Shown here: positions 24,565-38,157 of the stretch, in pieces
How positions within the stretch are numbered: the first letter of the stretch is position 1
How the letters are laid out: every line of letters begins with the position of its first letter
NCBI GenBank assembly: GCA_052426225.1
Contig: JBNJNM010000010.1
Coordinates: 1,420,059 to 1,484,058, forward strand
Length of the DNA stretch: 64,000 nucleotides
Direction: 5' to 3'
Source of the DNA: Zancudomyces culisetae HAW-14-8
Taxonomy: Eukaryota; Fungi; Kickxellomycota
Made by a program: the position numbers and the translations under genes
The notes under the pieces: model-generated
Seen by the model: only the letters and a program-made list of their open reading frames with translations
Told to the model about the DNA's origin: nothing
Databases searched by the model: none

Positions 24565-27500
24565 TCAGTTGAGCATGGGTTGTGGAGGAATCCGAGCGAG
24601 GTTTTGAGTAGTTTGAAGGATAAAGGAGATCGCAAGGATCTAAATTATGTGGAAAAGCAAAGGCTCTAGCGTTGGGAGTGGATGAAAAAGTATTGGAAGA
24701 AATAGTGGAATTGAAAGGAGAAAGATTAGAAAGGTTTAAGTTTAGGTTCAGATTTAGGTTCATGCTTGAGTCGCTAAGTCTGATATTAGAGTTTGGGGTT
24801 GGATTTGGATTTGGATTTGGGTTTGAGTTTGAGTTTGAGTTTGAGTTTGAGTTAGAATTAAAGTTGAGATTAAGTTTTGGATTGGGACTGGGACTGGAAC
24901 TAGAGCTGGAGACATACGATGATGTGGAAGAAAACGAAGAGGTCTGGGATCGTTTCTGGTGAGAAATGGAGGCAGAATGGGGAGCAGATACGGAATCAAT
25001 GTACCTGAGACACTGAGCCTGGGGAGTGAGGCAAGTGCTGTCACGTGAAGGTACAGAGGACAACTGCAAAGAAATAGCAGAAGCCACATTGTTTATCTGG
25101 TTAGAGAGAGCAAGAGCGAGCTGAGGATCAGTATCAAAGTCATAAGACATACGCTGAACGCATTGAAGAGTAAAAAGAATCTTGGAAATGATGCGGAACT
25201 TGTGCATATTGATGAGAGGAGGACAAGAGCGATCGGATTCGACTAATTCAATGGCACCAGAAAACGACAGTCTGGGCTGCAGCGACCCATTCAGGTAATT
25301 TGGGCCAGCGTCATCAGCAAAGAGGATGTCGCGTTTATGGATGGCGAGCAGAGGAACAGCCGGAAACTGGGCTTCTGGCTGCGAATAGTCGCTCATTCCA
25401 TCAATGTTTCTACGGTATTTGTAGTTCTGGACACTCGGGCATGGGTTGCGCAACAGCTTTGCACGGTTAAAACTGTTTATTGTTGTTGGCGTCACATCTG
25501 GTGAAAGTTTTTCATATGTAGAATCAGGATCCTTTTCGGTTGCAAAGCTGTCTTGTAGAGTAGCAGGTTTTGTAGATGTCGACATAAACTCGTCATCCGC
25601 TGTAGAATCACGGAAATAGTGTTTGGCAAGATTAGACAGTGACGCTTTGCTAAAAAGTTTTTCTCGTGGCTGCGACGTGTTTTGCGTCGTGTTTTGCGAC
25701 GAAATCTTGCTAAACGAAAGATTGAAAATTGACTTCTTTTTGCGGATAGGCCGCGCTGCAAATGTAGAAAGACTTCTGGCTCTCGACGACTCGCTGCTTT
25801 CGGCAACAAACTTGTTGTTGAGCGCATACTCGTAGTCTGGTCCCTCTACTCCATCTATAGCAGCCTGCAGCGACTCTCTATACATCTTGTGGTTGTGACT
25901 AGAGTGGATTGCAAACAGAATTTTTTCCAACATTTTGGAATAAATCGAAGGAACCAACGACCAGGTAAACTTGAGCCGGCGCACCGCAGAGTGTGAAAGT
26001 CCCGATGCTATTTCAAGCGTGCCTGTATAATTTCGAAGTGCCAAACAATAATGCGCTATATGAATAAACTGCGCTATTGTGTTTGCCCGCTGATGCTCTG
26101 TAGGCTCACATAATATCCGATGCACCACCCAGTAAACTGTGTGGTTAAACCATTGTGACATTTCTGCCAGCTTTTCATCTCCTTCTCCTCCTCCCTCCAT
26201 ATTGCGAAACCAGCGAGTAATGTCGCTTACATTGATCTGGCAAAACATCTTGTGCTCAATTAATGTTAGCTGTCGTGCCAGCTCCACTGCCTCAAACCCA
26301 TTCAGATTTAAAATGTCCAGGTTGTAAAGCGAGCTGCCTCGATCCTTCTTTCCCTTTTTTGGCTCCACTAGTGTCAAGTTGGTTGAGTCTTCAAACTTTA
26401 AACTATCTATCAGCCCCTTAACCATCACTTTTTCTTCCTTTTCTGCTGCGCTTCGCAGTCGCCTTAACACCGAATCCACAAATCGAACCTCCCTTCCCAT
26501 ATTTCTAAGTAGCTCTTCAAGCAGCTCTCTAACCCCGTTTCCTGCTCCAAAATCCTCCGTATGTTTATCCATCCAGTACTTTATCATATTCAGTACCCGA
26601 AGCTGTATTACCCTATCATCTCCCTCCACCACCTTACTTTCTCTTATTCTTTCGCGGCTATTCATGTATCGAACTATCAGCATCTTCAGCAAATCTTTTC
26701 CTGTAAAAAAAAACCTATATGTACTAAGAAACATATCCAGCTGTCTTCTATTCTCCAACCCTCTTTTATCTGTAAGACAATTAACCAATGCCCACAAACT
26801 CATTGCCTTTGAATTGCTAAATAACGTTTCCGTGTAGTCCATTGCCGCTCTTCCATTTGCCCCCCTTTCATTTACCATCAACCCCGCCAAGATAATCTCT
26901 CCTGATAAACTATCTTCATTCAATGGCCACTTTATCCTACCACTAATTTCCCCATCACTCTGGCTTCTACTTTTCCTGACCAACCCCATAAGCCTACACA
27001 GCTTTTCACTTATTTCTGTATACACCCTACCTCCCCTATGCACCGACACTTCTATCTCCTTTATTTCCTCTACTTTACTTTTACAGCTACTTTTTCTCTC
27101 TTCTGTTCTTCCCCTATTCTTTTTTAACTCTCTCTCTTCCTTACTCCACCTCTCTTGGTTTACCTGGTTACTATTACCAATAGTATTTACTATTTCTCTC
27201 TCTTTTAAACGGGGGAATTGGAACAACTGGCTACTCTTCTTCTTTCCTAGTTTTTTAGTTTCCGGTTCTACAATTTTTGTAGGAATCGAAAATGCTGACA
27301 TATTACTCAGACTCTTGATATCTACCCTTATTCCTGCCGAATCACGCCTATCACCTTCCTCATAGTATACTACATCTTCACCACGGCCACCCATGCTTTC
27401 ATTCGCTAGGTTTACCGTGCTTGTCCCCATTTTCCCCTGTTTTGTTGGTGTAACATACCCGTTATTTTTGGATTCGGCACCATTCCTTCGCAACGTTGGT

Positions 27501-27829
27501 TTCATTAAATAATGGCTAGGCGACCCAGGTGTTGGCGACTTTTTTGTTTCAATCCTGTTATTACTCGTCATTCTAGGACTCTCTCTTTTAATACTGGTGG
27601 TTACTGCTCGCTGTAAAAACATATTAATCTCCTTGTCCTTTTTGTTTACTTCTGAAAGCAGTGTTTTGTATTTCGGCCTACCATCTTGCGTATATTGCAC
27701 CATATAGTCGTCAAGTTCTAGCCTGGAATCCACTCGTCTCACATTTTTGCTTGTTTCTGCTTCTTGTGAATATCTTGTCCAGCTCTCTCTTTCCTTTGCG
27801 TATTCTTTACTCCTTTCCGTATTATACAT
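24443..27829 (-). CDS. Ras guanine-nucleotide exchange factor (RasGEF_N/REM plus CDC25 domain)
   Basis: REM FLSTYRFFFT...LRVLNMIKYWM. CDC25 ELARQLTLIEHKMF, WFNHTVYWV, LRNYTG...SGLSHSAVRRLKFTW, and LINMHKFR. Confidence 0.9.
24500..24905. repeat. Coding hexamer microsatellites (GAACCA, TTTGAG, TTTGGA, TTTAGG) in the RasGEF tail
   Basis: Encode GS, NS, NP and NL dipeptide runs on the minus strand. Confidence 0.85.
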
Positions 27830-30593
27830 CCTTTTTGTTTTAATATTTGTTGTTGTTACCGTTCCTAGTATTACATTAATATTGCTTCTATTTATTCACA
27901 AACCTCCCTAAACTATTCTTTTTGGTGGAACTAAGGGGCAGTTTGTAAGTCAAGATACTTCGATATGATATTGGTTTGTCTTTTAGTTTTCTACAGCTCT
28001 ATTATTTTAGCTGTGGTCCTCCTCATCCAGTATATCTGTATAGTACCACTAAATTAATTGAACTGTTTCTATTGGTGTCGATATTAGCAGTAAGTATAAT
28101 ATTAACAACTATTGATGCTTCTTTTTTTTCCCTCTTGTGTATATTTGTTCCTATGCGTTCTTTTAATACAATCCTTCTATTCCCCCTTGGTGATGCATTA
28201 CTATGTGTATTATGTTTTGTGTATTATGTTTATTGAAACGTTTTAAAAGTTAAAAAATAAAAAGTGTAAAGTATAATGTATAATGTATCGTTTTTTGAAT
28301 GCGTATAAAAGAGTATTGGAAATGCAACTAAATCTACATCTATTATCATCGTATTTTGGAGATTATAGTTGCATAGTTCAACCTTTTTCTATCAGATCCT
28401 AACTTCAAATGGTAAATTCAAAAAAATCCCTTAATCAACCTCAATTTTGCAAAAGAATTTGCATGAGTGTATGTCTGAATGTGTGTCTATTACCATAGAA
28501 GGGCTGAGGATGGAATAAGGGATAATAAAGGATTATCCTGTTTAAAAAAAACTGATTCTTTAATTATTTGTCTATTTTTCTTTTTTTTTCTTTTAAATTA
28601 TTATGAGGCTTTAATTTTTAATTTTTAATTTTTAATTTTTTTATACAAAATAATCCTTCTTTTTTGCTACCTTTAATGTACTTTTAAAGTTGTAGTGCGA
28701 GTAGAATTAGGGGAAAAAAGGAGAGGGAGAGTGTGAGTGTGAGTGAGGGCTTTATGACTTTTCCTGCTTTTTGATTCGGTTCTGTCTTTTTTTGAATGGG
28801 CCTTTTTTGGAAGCTTAACAATATTTACTTGTATAGAGAATAAAGAAAAAAAATGAACATAATATTGAATATGGCCCACCATTTTTCACTAAACCACATT
28901 CAGGTTTTTTTTTTGTCTTTTTTTTTTGTCTTTTTGTTCTAGAAAAATGATGTTAAAAAGCCTTTGTCATAATTAATTTTTATAACTCTAAGCAATTTGC
29001 TCCAATTTACAAAAAGGATTTACTTGATTTATCTATTTCCAATAATTTATTATTTAATCACGCAAAACAAAAAAAGAGAGAAACAAATAAAAGCATGTTT
29101 ATGGAATTTAACGATACATTACTAGTTTTTTTGTAAAATGACTGAAAGGAGTTACAGTAAATCCATTATCTACATGTAAATTAATTCTTGTTTTGCTTAA
29201 TCGTCAAATCATCAGGAACTTGGGCATTTAAAATCCTTGGCCTAGACACACTTGAATCGCATTTTTGAATAGAATGGTGGTTTGAGTAGAATGTCGGGAT
29301 ACTTTCATTGTAAATGTTGTTGGTTCTAAAGACAGTTTTAAGTAATGCTAAAACCACAAAAACCACCATTGCCAGTATCACTATCAGTATCAGTACCAGT
29401 ATCGGTGTCATTACCATCATTACCACCATAATTATGGATAATCATAGTTTCTGGTGAAGGTAAAATCACCAAACCAAGCGCAATTACATTTTATAAATTT
29501 GCATCCAATGAAGTTATGACCTATACTTTGTCGTCTTTTACTCTCTCTTCCATTCTATCCCGGTTTTGGCACCCATTCTATATTACCATCAAGTATATTT
29601 TCTCTACTATTTTTTTTCATTTATCCACCTAACTACGCACCTTCAGCAACAATAATAATAAAAATTATATAAAAAAATGAACGAATAGTTGCAAGTGCAA
29701 TTATGTTTTCTGTAATAAATTAAACTATCCAAACATTCTTTGTAATTAAATTAGTAAAGTGTAACTGTACCAAAGTGTCAAAATTAAATCTTTACACCAC
29801 ATATAGTAAAACAACTTCACAACTCCAAGCACCTTGTACATGTAGCTCGTTCTGTATACCATAGCGATATAATCATTAAACTTTTAGCGTAATAGTGTGT
29901 AACACATCATAAAACGCTGATATTGGTACATTTTCCGTAATGGAAAAACTAACCAACATGCTCATTACACGTATTTTTTCTTGGTAAATAAACTATATTG
30001 TTTTAGCTGTATTTACTTAATATAACATAGCCTGATTTTTAAGCTGAGCTATACACATTTATTTTGTACTTTCATGATGACAAACCTAGTCGGAAAAAAA
30101 AGTTTTGAATTAAATGGTTTTGGAATGTAATTAAAAAAAAATTTTTTTTTAGAAAAACAAACTTTGTATATCAGTTTAATGTTCAAATGGGAGTTTGTAA
30201 GAGTAAATACATGTAGATTACTGGTCGCGTTAATTCTTTTTTTTTCCTTCTTCCACCAACTCCATTTTATTTAAAATTCATGATTGAACCCTATTCAAAA
30301 TTAAAAAAAAGAAACCTTTGTGTTTAGACCTTGATATCTACGACTCTAGTTACAAATTCATACTGCAACAATCTATTACTTTGCTATTCATACTTATGTT
30401 TAACGCTTTGTATGTCTAGTAAACCAGAATCTAATGGGTATCCAATTTTCCAAAATTCACGCTGTCTTTACCAGAAAAAACGATCACTTTTTAATCATAA
30501 ACAGTTTGTATATATTAGTAGCCATTAAAATAGTATTGAAAAAAAAAAGAACACCCCTCCTCCGCCCACCAATCGTCATCCTTTGCGTTTTGT

Positions 30594-30685
30594 ATATTGT
30601 CCATTGTTCATTGTCTATTGTTCATTGTTCATTGTTCATTGTCCATATGTCCATATGTCCATTGTCTATTGTCTATTGTCTATTT
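30594..30685. repeat. Imperfect 7-mer tandem repeat (ATTGTYC / ATTGTCT)
   Basis: attgtccattgttcattgtctattgttcattgttc... about 13 units. Confidence 0.8.
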
Positions 30686-33600
30686 GCTCTCCTTATCTCG
30701 TAAAACGTACAGTTGAGCATCTGTATAAAGTTCACACAAAAGAAGAGGGGAAGGATGTGTAGTTCCGAGTGAATGAGTATCGAACCAGTAGGTATAATCA
30801 AGTAAGCGTGATATGTAAATTTGCTATTGAATGCTATGGTGCTTTTATTTTATGCTTTTCATGATTTACAAAGTGAACCATCAAATCTCTGGAAAAAAGT
30901 ATAAAGAAAAATGCCAAATCAACTCATAAAGAAGTTGGGAAAAGCGTAACTTTCAGACTTCATTGTCCGAATCGGTACCAATTTGTGCTTGAAAAGTAAG
31001 AATAAAAATAGAACTTGTTTTGTGTGTAGATGCGGGTATACTCGTCTATATATTTGGTATAATTTACATAATTATATTTATTTATAGTTTTGGTAAGCTT
31101 TAGCACTGCGAGCCTTTGCAAAATATGCAAAAATGAAACAAAAAAAAAGAGAACCACCACCAAACGTGCTTTAACGACTCGATTCGATTCGCCTCTGGTT
31201 TTCAACTTATTTTATCTTGTTCCACCATGCTTTCCGAGTCAAAGGTGTACTAGTGCGAGTACTTTTCATACCTAAAGGCACGACTTGTAGCTTGTGTAGT
31301 GGCTATACATGTGATTTTCCATTAATAGAATCGATGTACATTAGATTTAATTGTATTTTTTTTTGGAAAAATAAGAAGCTAGCTCAAAAACTGTATAGTT
31401 TGGTAATACTAACTTTAGTACTAACACATTTCATGTCATAAGTTAAATACGTGTACCCTCAAGATAAATGTGTAGTTGTATGAGTGCACAGCTTGTGTTT
31501 TATCACATTCATTAAACCTCATATCCTTAACTTCATCCAATCAATAAAAAAGTAAATTGTAAAATGTGAACAAAAGTAAGAGGTAGGTTTATCCAGTGAT
31601 AGGCGGATAATTAAACATAGTTACGATTTTTTTGATTTTCCAGTGTTCGTTGCTTACTAACCCTCCAAAAAACCAAGTGTTGATCAATAAATATAACGAG
31701 CCAGAATACACATGAAAAATGCGTGTGAATTCATAGCTTTATCGCAAGAAACACCACACTATGCCGTTTTTTATTTTCAAATGGGAAATTGACTTTTAAT
31801 GGACTAAAAATATGTATTGGGATAAGGAATGCAAATGTGGGTCGAGAAAACTAGTAAGGGGTTTACGGATATTGGGTTATGATACTACCAATTTTTACAG
31901 TGCGTTTCAAACTTTCGCTTTAAACTACCGGTCAGTTGGGGATTACCCGAGGTAGGATATATTATGGTTAATAATCTACATTTTTTTTGCGCAAAAAGCT
32001 GTTTGATTTTATTTGCATGTGTATTTTTTGTAGGGGATGATCTAAAATGGCAATTCACAAAAGATATAAGAAAGCTCCGAAAGAAAACAAACACTGAGAT
32101 AAAAACATTTGAAACTTGGGAGTAATTATTAGAGAATTGTCAAGATCCAGGCATTTCCTATGGTGGTCAACCAAAACCCCCTATTCGGAAAAGCCAATTA
32201 AAGGTAAACAAAAAATTTATTCCCAAATCGATATTTCTTTGTGTCTGTTTCAGATAGAAAAATGCCTGCTTATAGGCTGGATTTGAGAATCAGAATAATA
32301 ATTTACAAAGCATAGCAGGAAAAAGATGGCGTCTGTATAGTCCGGTGGTCTGAATTCAGTTTGTTCATGTTATTTTCCGATTTGATTTATTTGGTGGGAA
32401 GTTACCGGTCCCATAAAATCAAGTCTAGTCTTTCCTTTTTAGGTATTTGTGCTCCTGGTTGTTTTATTTTCTCAAACACAATCTCTTCCATTGTTTAGCA
32501 AAGGGCTCCCAAAAAAATCGTACCTGCTATACTCATAAAGCTAATTAAAAAATCAATTAATGTGGCAGAGCTGGTTAAAAGCAAACGGCAGAATCTTTAT
32601 CCGACACTTGTTTTTGATAGTCCATGTATGATTCAGATACCCTTTGTATGGATGAGAATGGTAAAAAGAAGAAGAGATACGTTTTGCTGATTAAATAAAT
32701 TAAACAATATAACCTTACACTTTCAATCAATGCAAACTAAAGCACTTTACAGTTTGTATACACAGAGCATTTTCTTAGTTATTCGTTGGCGGCTGTGTAT
32801 ATATTGTGTTCATATAATGAATCAATTGCTTAGAAATAACGCACTTTGGGATTATTCAATTTAGGTATAGAGCTTGAATTAGTTTCCATATTTGGTCATT
32901 AAACGCCAATTTATAAGCAGCGTTCGGAAAAAAAAGCAGGTTATTTACAAATTATTGGATCATGCGATTCGATTATTAGCTTCGTCATCTTTTTTGTTTT
33001 AAAAAGACGAGATAAGTGCCGATAGTGATGGGTTACTTTAGCAAGAATTGTTCATCAGTTCACAAATAAAAGAATAAATTGAAAGAGTTGTGATTTGTCA
33101 GTTCTTGTTACCATCTCTATTTCTGTGAAAAAAGAAGTGCCTAGGTTTACATTGCGTTTCATAATGGGAAGATGCTTTGGTTGAAAACATGTTATTGCGA
33201 ATGATTTAAAATATCCAAACTACAGAGCAAAAAGGAAAAAAAAAAGGTATTTTCTGGCATTGGTAGCAAGCAGTAAAAAAATGTTACTGGCTTGCTATCA
33301 AGTTTGTAAAAATACTATTACCTAAATCGCCATGTTATTTTGATAAATATGAACTAAAAAAAGTTGTAATTGAAAATGCTGAAAAATACTGGCGAATAAA
33401 CAAGTAGAGCCACCTGGCTTGAAAAAAAAACTAAAAAAGCTGAATGGATTGGCTAAAGGTTTTTCGGAGACAAACCAAAGTGCTTGTTAACAGGTAAAAG
33501 TCTTACTCCCACAACATCACCTTGAAATCACCAGGATTACAGTTTCAAAAAAAATTTTGTAAAGAAATCTCCAGTCCCAAACTGCAATTTAATAGGAAAG

Positions 33601-33702
33601 AAAAAAAAAGTTAAAAGCGCAGACTCGGTACCTCAAAATCCCGTTTTCCGGTTCTTTCAGTTAATAGAAAGGTTTCCTAAAGTGAAAAACAATACAAATA
33701 AA

Positions 33703-36030
33703 ATGTCAGGACAAGATGAATACGAACAGGTAGATGCCTATGGGGAAAGAGGTAGTGATTATGATATCGATGAGAATAGCTCCAATTCTCTGGATTCAGA
33801 GCAATCAGAAACAGAAACCACTGTAAAGCTGATGCATGCTTGTGATGTCTGCAGAAAGAAAAAGGTCAAGTGTGATGGAAATAAGCCAACCTGCTCAAGT
33901 TGTTTGAGAGTGGGAGTGGATTGCGTATATAGCCCACTCATTAGAAAGAAGAAAGTCAGAAAGAGTGCGATTCAAAAAATCGAAGGAAGACTTGAATCAG
34001 TGGAGCAAATTTTGGTGGATTTGGCAACAGCAGTTGAATCAGGCTATGGCAACGAGAGAGATAGAGATGACGATAGAGAGCTAGCTTTGGAAAGAAGGGA
34101 GAATGGAGAGGTGTCATTTACTAAGGGTAGATTTGTTTCGATTGAAATGTTAAGCAACGAATTTATCGAGCAGGTAATTTATAAAGTGGCAGCTTCAATG
34201 CCACTTTTCACATGTTCGTTCAGGATTCCGCATACACTAAAACTGCTCAAGAAAAAGGAGCTTCCAGACTACTTTATATACTCAATATTGGCGCTTGGTA
34301 TCAAGTTCATGGATGCCGCACAAACAGAGGCAGCACCAATTGAAGACTCAGTATTTGCCAGCCAGGCTGCAAAAAAAATAGTAGAGTTGCTTGAAGAACC
34401 AGATGTCGATTATATTCAAGCATCTGTGTATGTAGCTATGTACTACTGGGGACTGGGTAATAATGAGTCAGCAATGGTATTCTCTGGAATAGCCATGCGA
34501 GGTGCTGAAAAACTTCGATTGTACCAGATTGACGAACATTACTGTGGTTTCAAGCGAGTGTACAAATCAGACCAGGAAGATAGAGAACTGAAAAGGCGAC
34601 TGTGGTGGATGTGCTACGTATTAGACCGATCTATGATGCTTAACAGTGCCTTGCCACCCTCGGTTCCGGATGAAGACTGTGTTGTAAATCTTCCCACAAA
34701 CGACTATACATGGGTGTACACTGATGATGAGCTTGATGCAGGAATGAGGGAGGATGAAATCATCACAGAAAGCTCAAGAATAGCTATAGGTAACACTAGA
34801 GCAGTTCCGGATACAACCTGGATACTCTGTAAAATGTATTCCAAGCTCGGAGAAATAAGCCAGTTTGTTAATAGGCGTAGAAATAACTATGAAGATTTGG
34901 ACTTCTACAGCATTGAAGATCCAGACATTGTTCCTAATAGCACCACTTTCTTTGCGTTGGCAAATGACCTGGGTAATCTTAAGAGTGAATTGATTGAGAA
35001 ATACGGACTTGTCTCTCCAAAAGAGTTTTCCGCACAAGGAGGAAGTAATACTGCAATGGTTACAGCACTCAAAACTGCTGCTGGAAACTACTTTACACTT
35101 CATGCTCTCTATGAGACAGCTAAAATAGTACTTTTCAAATCAGAGCTTGTTAGATACCCTCACGAAACAATCACTCCAGATCGTGTGATAGCCGCAAAGC
35201 AGATCTGTATTGAGGCTTCAATGCGTCTTTGCGATCTTTTGGTGTGGGCCACTGAAAAAATCCCTGCAGAACTTTGGGATTGCCAGACATCCTACTGGGC
35301 TTTTACTGCTGGTACTATTCTCGTGAACTGTCAATCTTTGCACGACCATCCGCTAGCCAGCAGTTTCAAGAAGAATCTCCAAGTAATTACAGACGTATTT
35401 AGCGCACAAGGAAAATATTATCCCGTGTCAATTACCTACTTCAAGGTCTTACAAGAGCTCACCAAAAAGAGAGTTGTTCAGTTTAGAACAAAGTCTTTGC
35501 CAGAAGCTCACTACAGGCTAACGAGCTCGGATACCATGCCTTGGCTAGTATTCTCCGCATCTTCCTTTGAGTACTTTGTATCTGGTGATGAAGATATTGC
35601 CGATTTGATTGAATATGACAACAATATCAGATACCATCTTTCTGATGAGCAGGCCAATTCCAACGAGCCCCCTTCTTCAACTCAACAAGAAAATCTCACT
35701 GTAGGCTCGCATTCAGCCGAAGAACTGAGCATGCTAACCCAGATGTTATATAAATCAGATAAACAGCTTCTTATTGATACTACCGAGCCAACCTATGAAT
35801 CTCCATCTGTTCCCGCTTCCGTTCAATCTGACGAAACCACTAGTGGCGTCGGTCACTTTTCGGCAATAAACAACTCGACGACAAAGACTTCTGACTCTTC
35901 TAGCGCTACTGTTGGCTTTTCTTCTACCAGTAACGCAGCAGATTTTCAATCTGTTCCTTCAGTAACTGCTTTGAATTCGCTTTCTGATGTCACACGCTTA
36001 TCTTCAGATTCTAAAAAACCAATGATATAA
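33703..36030 (+). CDS. Zn(II)2Cys6 fungal transcription factor with middle homology region
   Basis: ACDVCRKKKVKCDGNKPTCSSCLRVGVDCVY; MHR motif RELKRRLWWMCYVLDR. First ATG at 33703. Confidence 0.93.
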   Translation: MSGQDEYEQVDAYGERGSDYDIDENSSNSLDSEQSETETTVKLMHACDVCRKKKVKCDGNKPTCSSCLRVGVDCVYSPLIRKKKVRKSAIQKIEGRLESVEQILVDLATAVESGYGNERDRDDDRELALERRENGEVSFTKGRFVSIEMLSNEFIEQVIYKVAASMPLFTCSFRIPHTLKLLKKKELPDYFIYSILALGIKFMDAAQTEAAPIEDSVFASQAAKKIVELLEEPDVDYIQASVYVAMYYWGLGNNESAMVFSGIAMRGAEKLRLYQIDEHYCGFKRVYKSDQEDRELKRRLWWMCYVLDRSMMLNSALPPSVPDEDCVVNLPTNDYTWVYTDDELDAGMREDEIITESSRIAIGNTRAVPDTTWILCKMYSKLGEISQFVNRRRNNYEDLDFYSIEDPDIVPNSTTFFALANDLGNLKSELIEKYGLVSPKEFSAQGGSNTAMVTALKTAAGNYFTLHALYETAKIVLFKSELVRYPHETITPDRVIAAKQICIEASMRLCDLLVWATEKIPAELWDCQTSYWAFTAGTILVNCQSLHDHPLASSFKKNLQVITDVFSAQGKYYPVSITYFKVLQELTKKRVVQFRTKSLPEAHYRLTSSDTMPWLVFSASSFEYFVSGDEDIADLIEYDNNIRYHLSDEQANSNEPPSSTQQENLTVGSHSAEELSMLTQMLYKSDKQLLIDTTEPTYESPSVPASVQSDETTSGVGHFSAINNSTTKTSDSSSATVGFSSTSNAADFQSVPSVTALNSLSDVTRLSSDSKKPMI

Positions 36031-37390
36031 CTTTCGCGTACCCTTATACTCTGAAAATGAGTTTTTAATCTGATATCAATAGTAATATTTTCTGTTTTTG
36101 TATTTCGCTCTTTATATTACCAAATATAAACCCAATAAACTAAGTGTTATTTATACCATTAAAAATCTGGAAACTACAGAAATATAAACCATTCCTAAGT
36201 ATGGTTGTATAATTTCGATGAGATGGGTCATTAGTGTTTTTACTCTAATGGAACTAGTTTGAACATTATGTTACTTTGACTACTCGTTCTTAAATCTTGA
36301 TTTGAATGACGTGTTAATGCATCTTAGTTGGGGTGAATGAAGCCTTGTCCCAGCCTTCCGGATATTTAACTCTAAGCATGGAAATAAATACCCACAACAA
36401 CCATAACATATTCCTGAATACTAGCTACCAATTTGCGAAAATGGGGGTTGTATATAGTATATAAAAATAAGTAGAATGTCAGACAACTTTGAGGTAACGC
36501 TCGATGGGCATGAAATTCTTTAAGGTATGGAGGGAGATTGGGAATTTGAATTATAAAGGATTTTTTACTAAATTTGCTGTTAAATATATATAGGTAAACC
36601 AGTTATCTAATTATAGAATGTGAGAGATAAAACAGTAAAAAGTTAATACTGGCACATAATATTAACCTCAGAACAATCGAATTATAATGATACTTTAAAA
36701 ACTATAGATTAATAAAGTTTTTACTAATAGGTAAATTAGGGAGGAAAAATATTTATGCTTAATTACAAATTAAAGGTTTAGAATATTTAGTAAAGGTTCA
36801 TTTAAACATACATTCTTAAACAAAAAGAAAAAAATCTAAGATACAATTCAAACGACTTTTAATGCAAAGAGTTACAGTATTGGGAACAGACGCCTAAGAA
36901 AGGTTTGTAAGTTTATAACTATATAATAAGTATCAGTCACAAAAGTAATATATATTCGAATTAAAAACGAATGAAGATAGGAATTGGTAGGGTAATATTT
37001 GAATATTATTGACTTGCTTATATTTGGTAAGATTACTACAATTGAAGTAGTTATGTTGGAACAGCACTGATGTCTCAATTATATCAGGTCAGGATCACCT
37101 ATTATTTTCGTTTATCCAGACCTTTTATAATCGATTTAAAAATATTATACGCTATTAAATTATGATAAACTAAGAACCACAAGTAAAACCTATGCATATA
37201 GAACAAGTGCCATAATATTATATTCAATTAAGAATGACTGTTTTTTTCTATAACTCATTTCCTACTTACTTTTATATTAAGTTGGTCAATCTAATGTCCT
37301 ACTTTCCAAATAATAATTTCCTATTGTAATAATTGTAGATATTATAATTTATCTGATATATTTTTTCAGCTAATGTGATGGCTGAGTTTT

Positions 37391-37751
37391 GTATAGCATT
37401 GGGATGTCAGTTATACTCAGGTCGCGGATCACTTTACTGGTTCTGATTACCGTATTTCGAATGTTTTTAATATCTTTTATTATTGTTATATTATTATTAT
37501 AACACTAAGTAAACTATATCAGTATCAAGTGCTATTTGCTATTAATAAGAGTTAAAGCCGTATATGCAAAGTATTTTCTGTTAAGAAAGGCCAAAGATGC
37601 TATTTTCGTTGTCCACTCTCGTATTTTCACTTTGTTATTCACTTTACTATCTTAGATCGTTTGTGCTATATATTCCGCTTGCTCTCATTGGTAGTTTAAT
37701 CTGCTAAGGAATCGCAATTGATTCGCTAGTTAAAAGTATGTAGCCGTTATA
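37391..37751 (+). repeat. Outer repeat, left main copy (inverted relative to 53243-53608); degenerate tandem copy at ~37020-37330
   Basis: For example gttatactcaggtcgcggatcact vs revcomp gttatactcaggtctcggatcact, and cactttactatcttagatcgttt...cgcttgctctcattggtagtt shared with the right copy. Confidence 0.85.
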
Positions 37752-37868
37752 CTGCACTATATTAGTTTCGTTATGGTTTCATTGGATGATTTATTAGCCC
37801 CTGAAACGCACTTGATTCGCTCGCAAAAAAATAAATCTGATCATCTGTAGTTAAAAATTAAAAGATAT

Positions 37869-37942
37869 TGCTCTGTACAGGGATCGAACCTGTGACCTTG
37901 GCGTTATTAGCACCACGCTCTAACCAGCTGAGCTAACAGAGC
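37869..37942 (-). tRNA. tRNA-Ile (anticodon AAT)
   Basis: GCTCTGT acceptor stem, D-arm TAGCTCAGCTGGTTAGAGC, anticodon loop CT-AAT-AA in a TGGTG/CGCCA stem, T-loop GGTTCGATCC. Confidence 0.95.
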
Positions 37943-37950
37943 TGTTGTTG

Positions 37951-38157
37951 TGTTGTATAATTACATGTTTAACGTCCTACTGAGTAATATAATTACCCAG
38001 TATTATACAGGACGGGACTTTTATTATTATATATTAGGTCTATAATTATTGTGGGAGAAAAAGACAATTTATTAATTAATTCAAAACTAGACTATTTAAT
38101 GCATAAAATAATACTGATTAAATTAACCAATAAAATACAAGGAAATACAGGTATATA
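37951..38157 (+). repeat. Inner inverted repeat, left arm (~207 bp)
   Basis: Reverse complement of 41048-41253, with about 7 substitutions and 1 indel by eye. Confidence 0.92.

Noticed and set aside
23402-26837. Antisense ORFs with poly-Cys, QN and FE/FG runs
   Set aside because: Shadows of microsatellites within CHS5 and the RasGEF.
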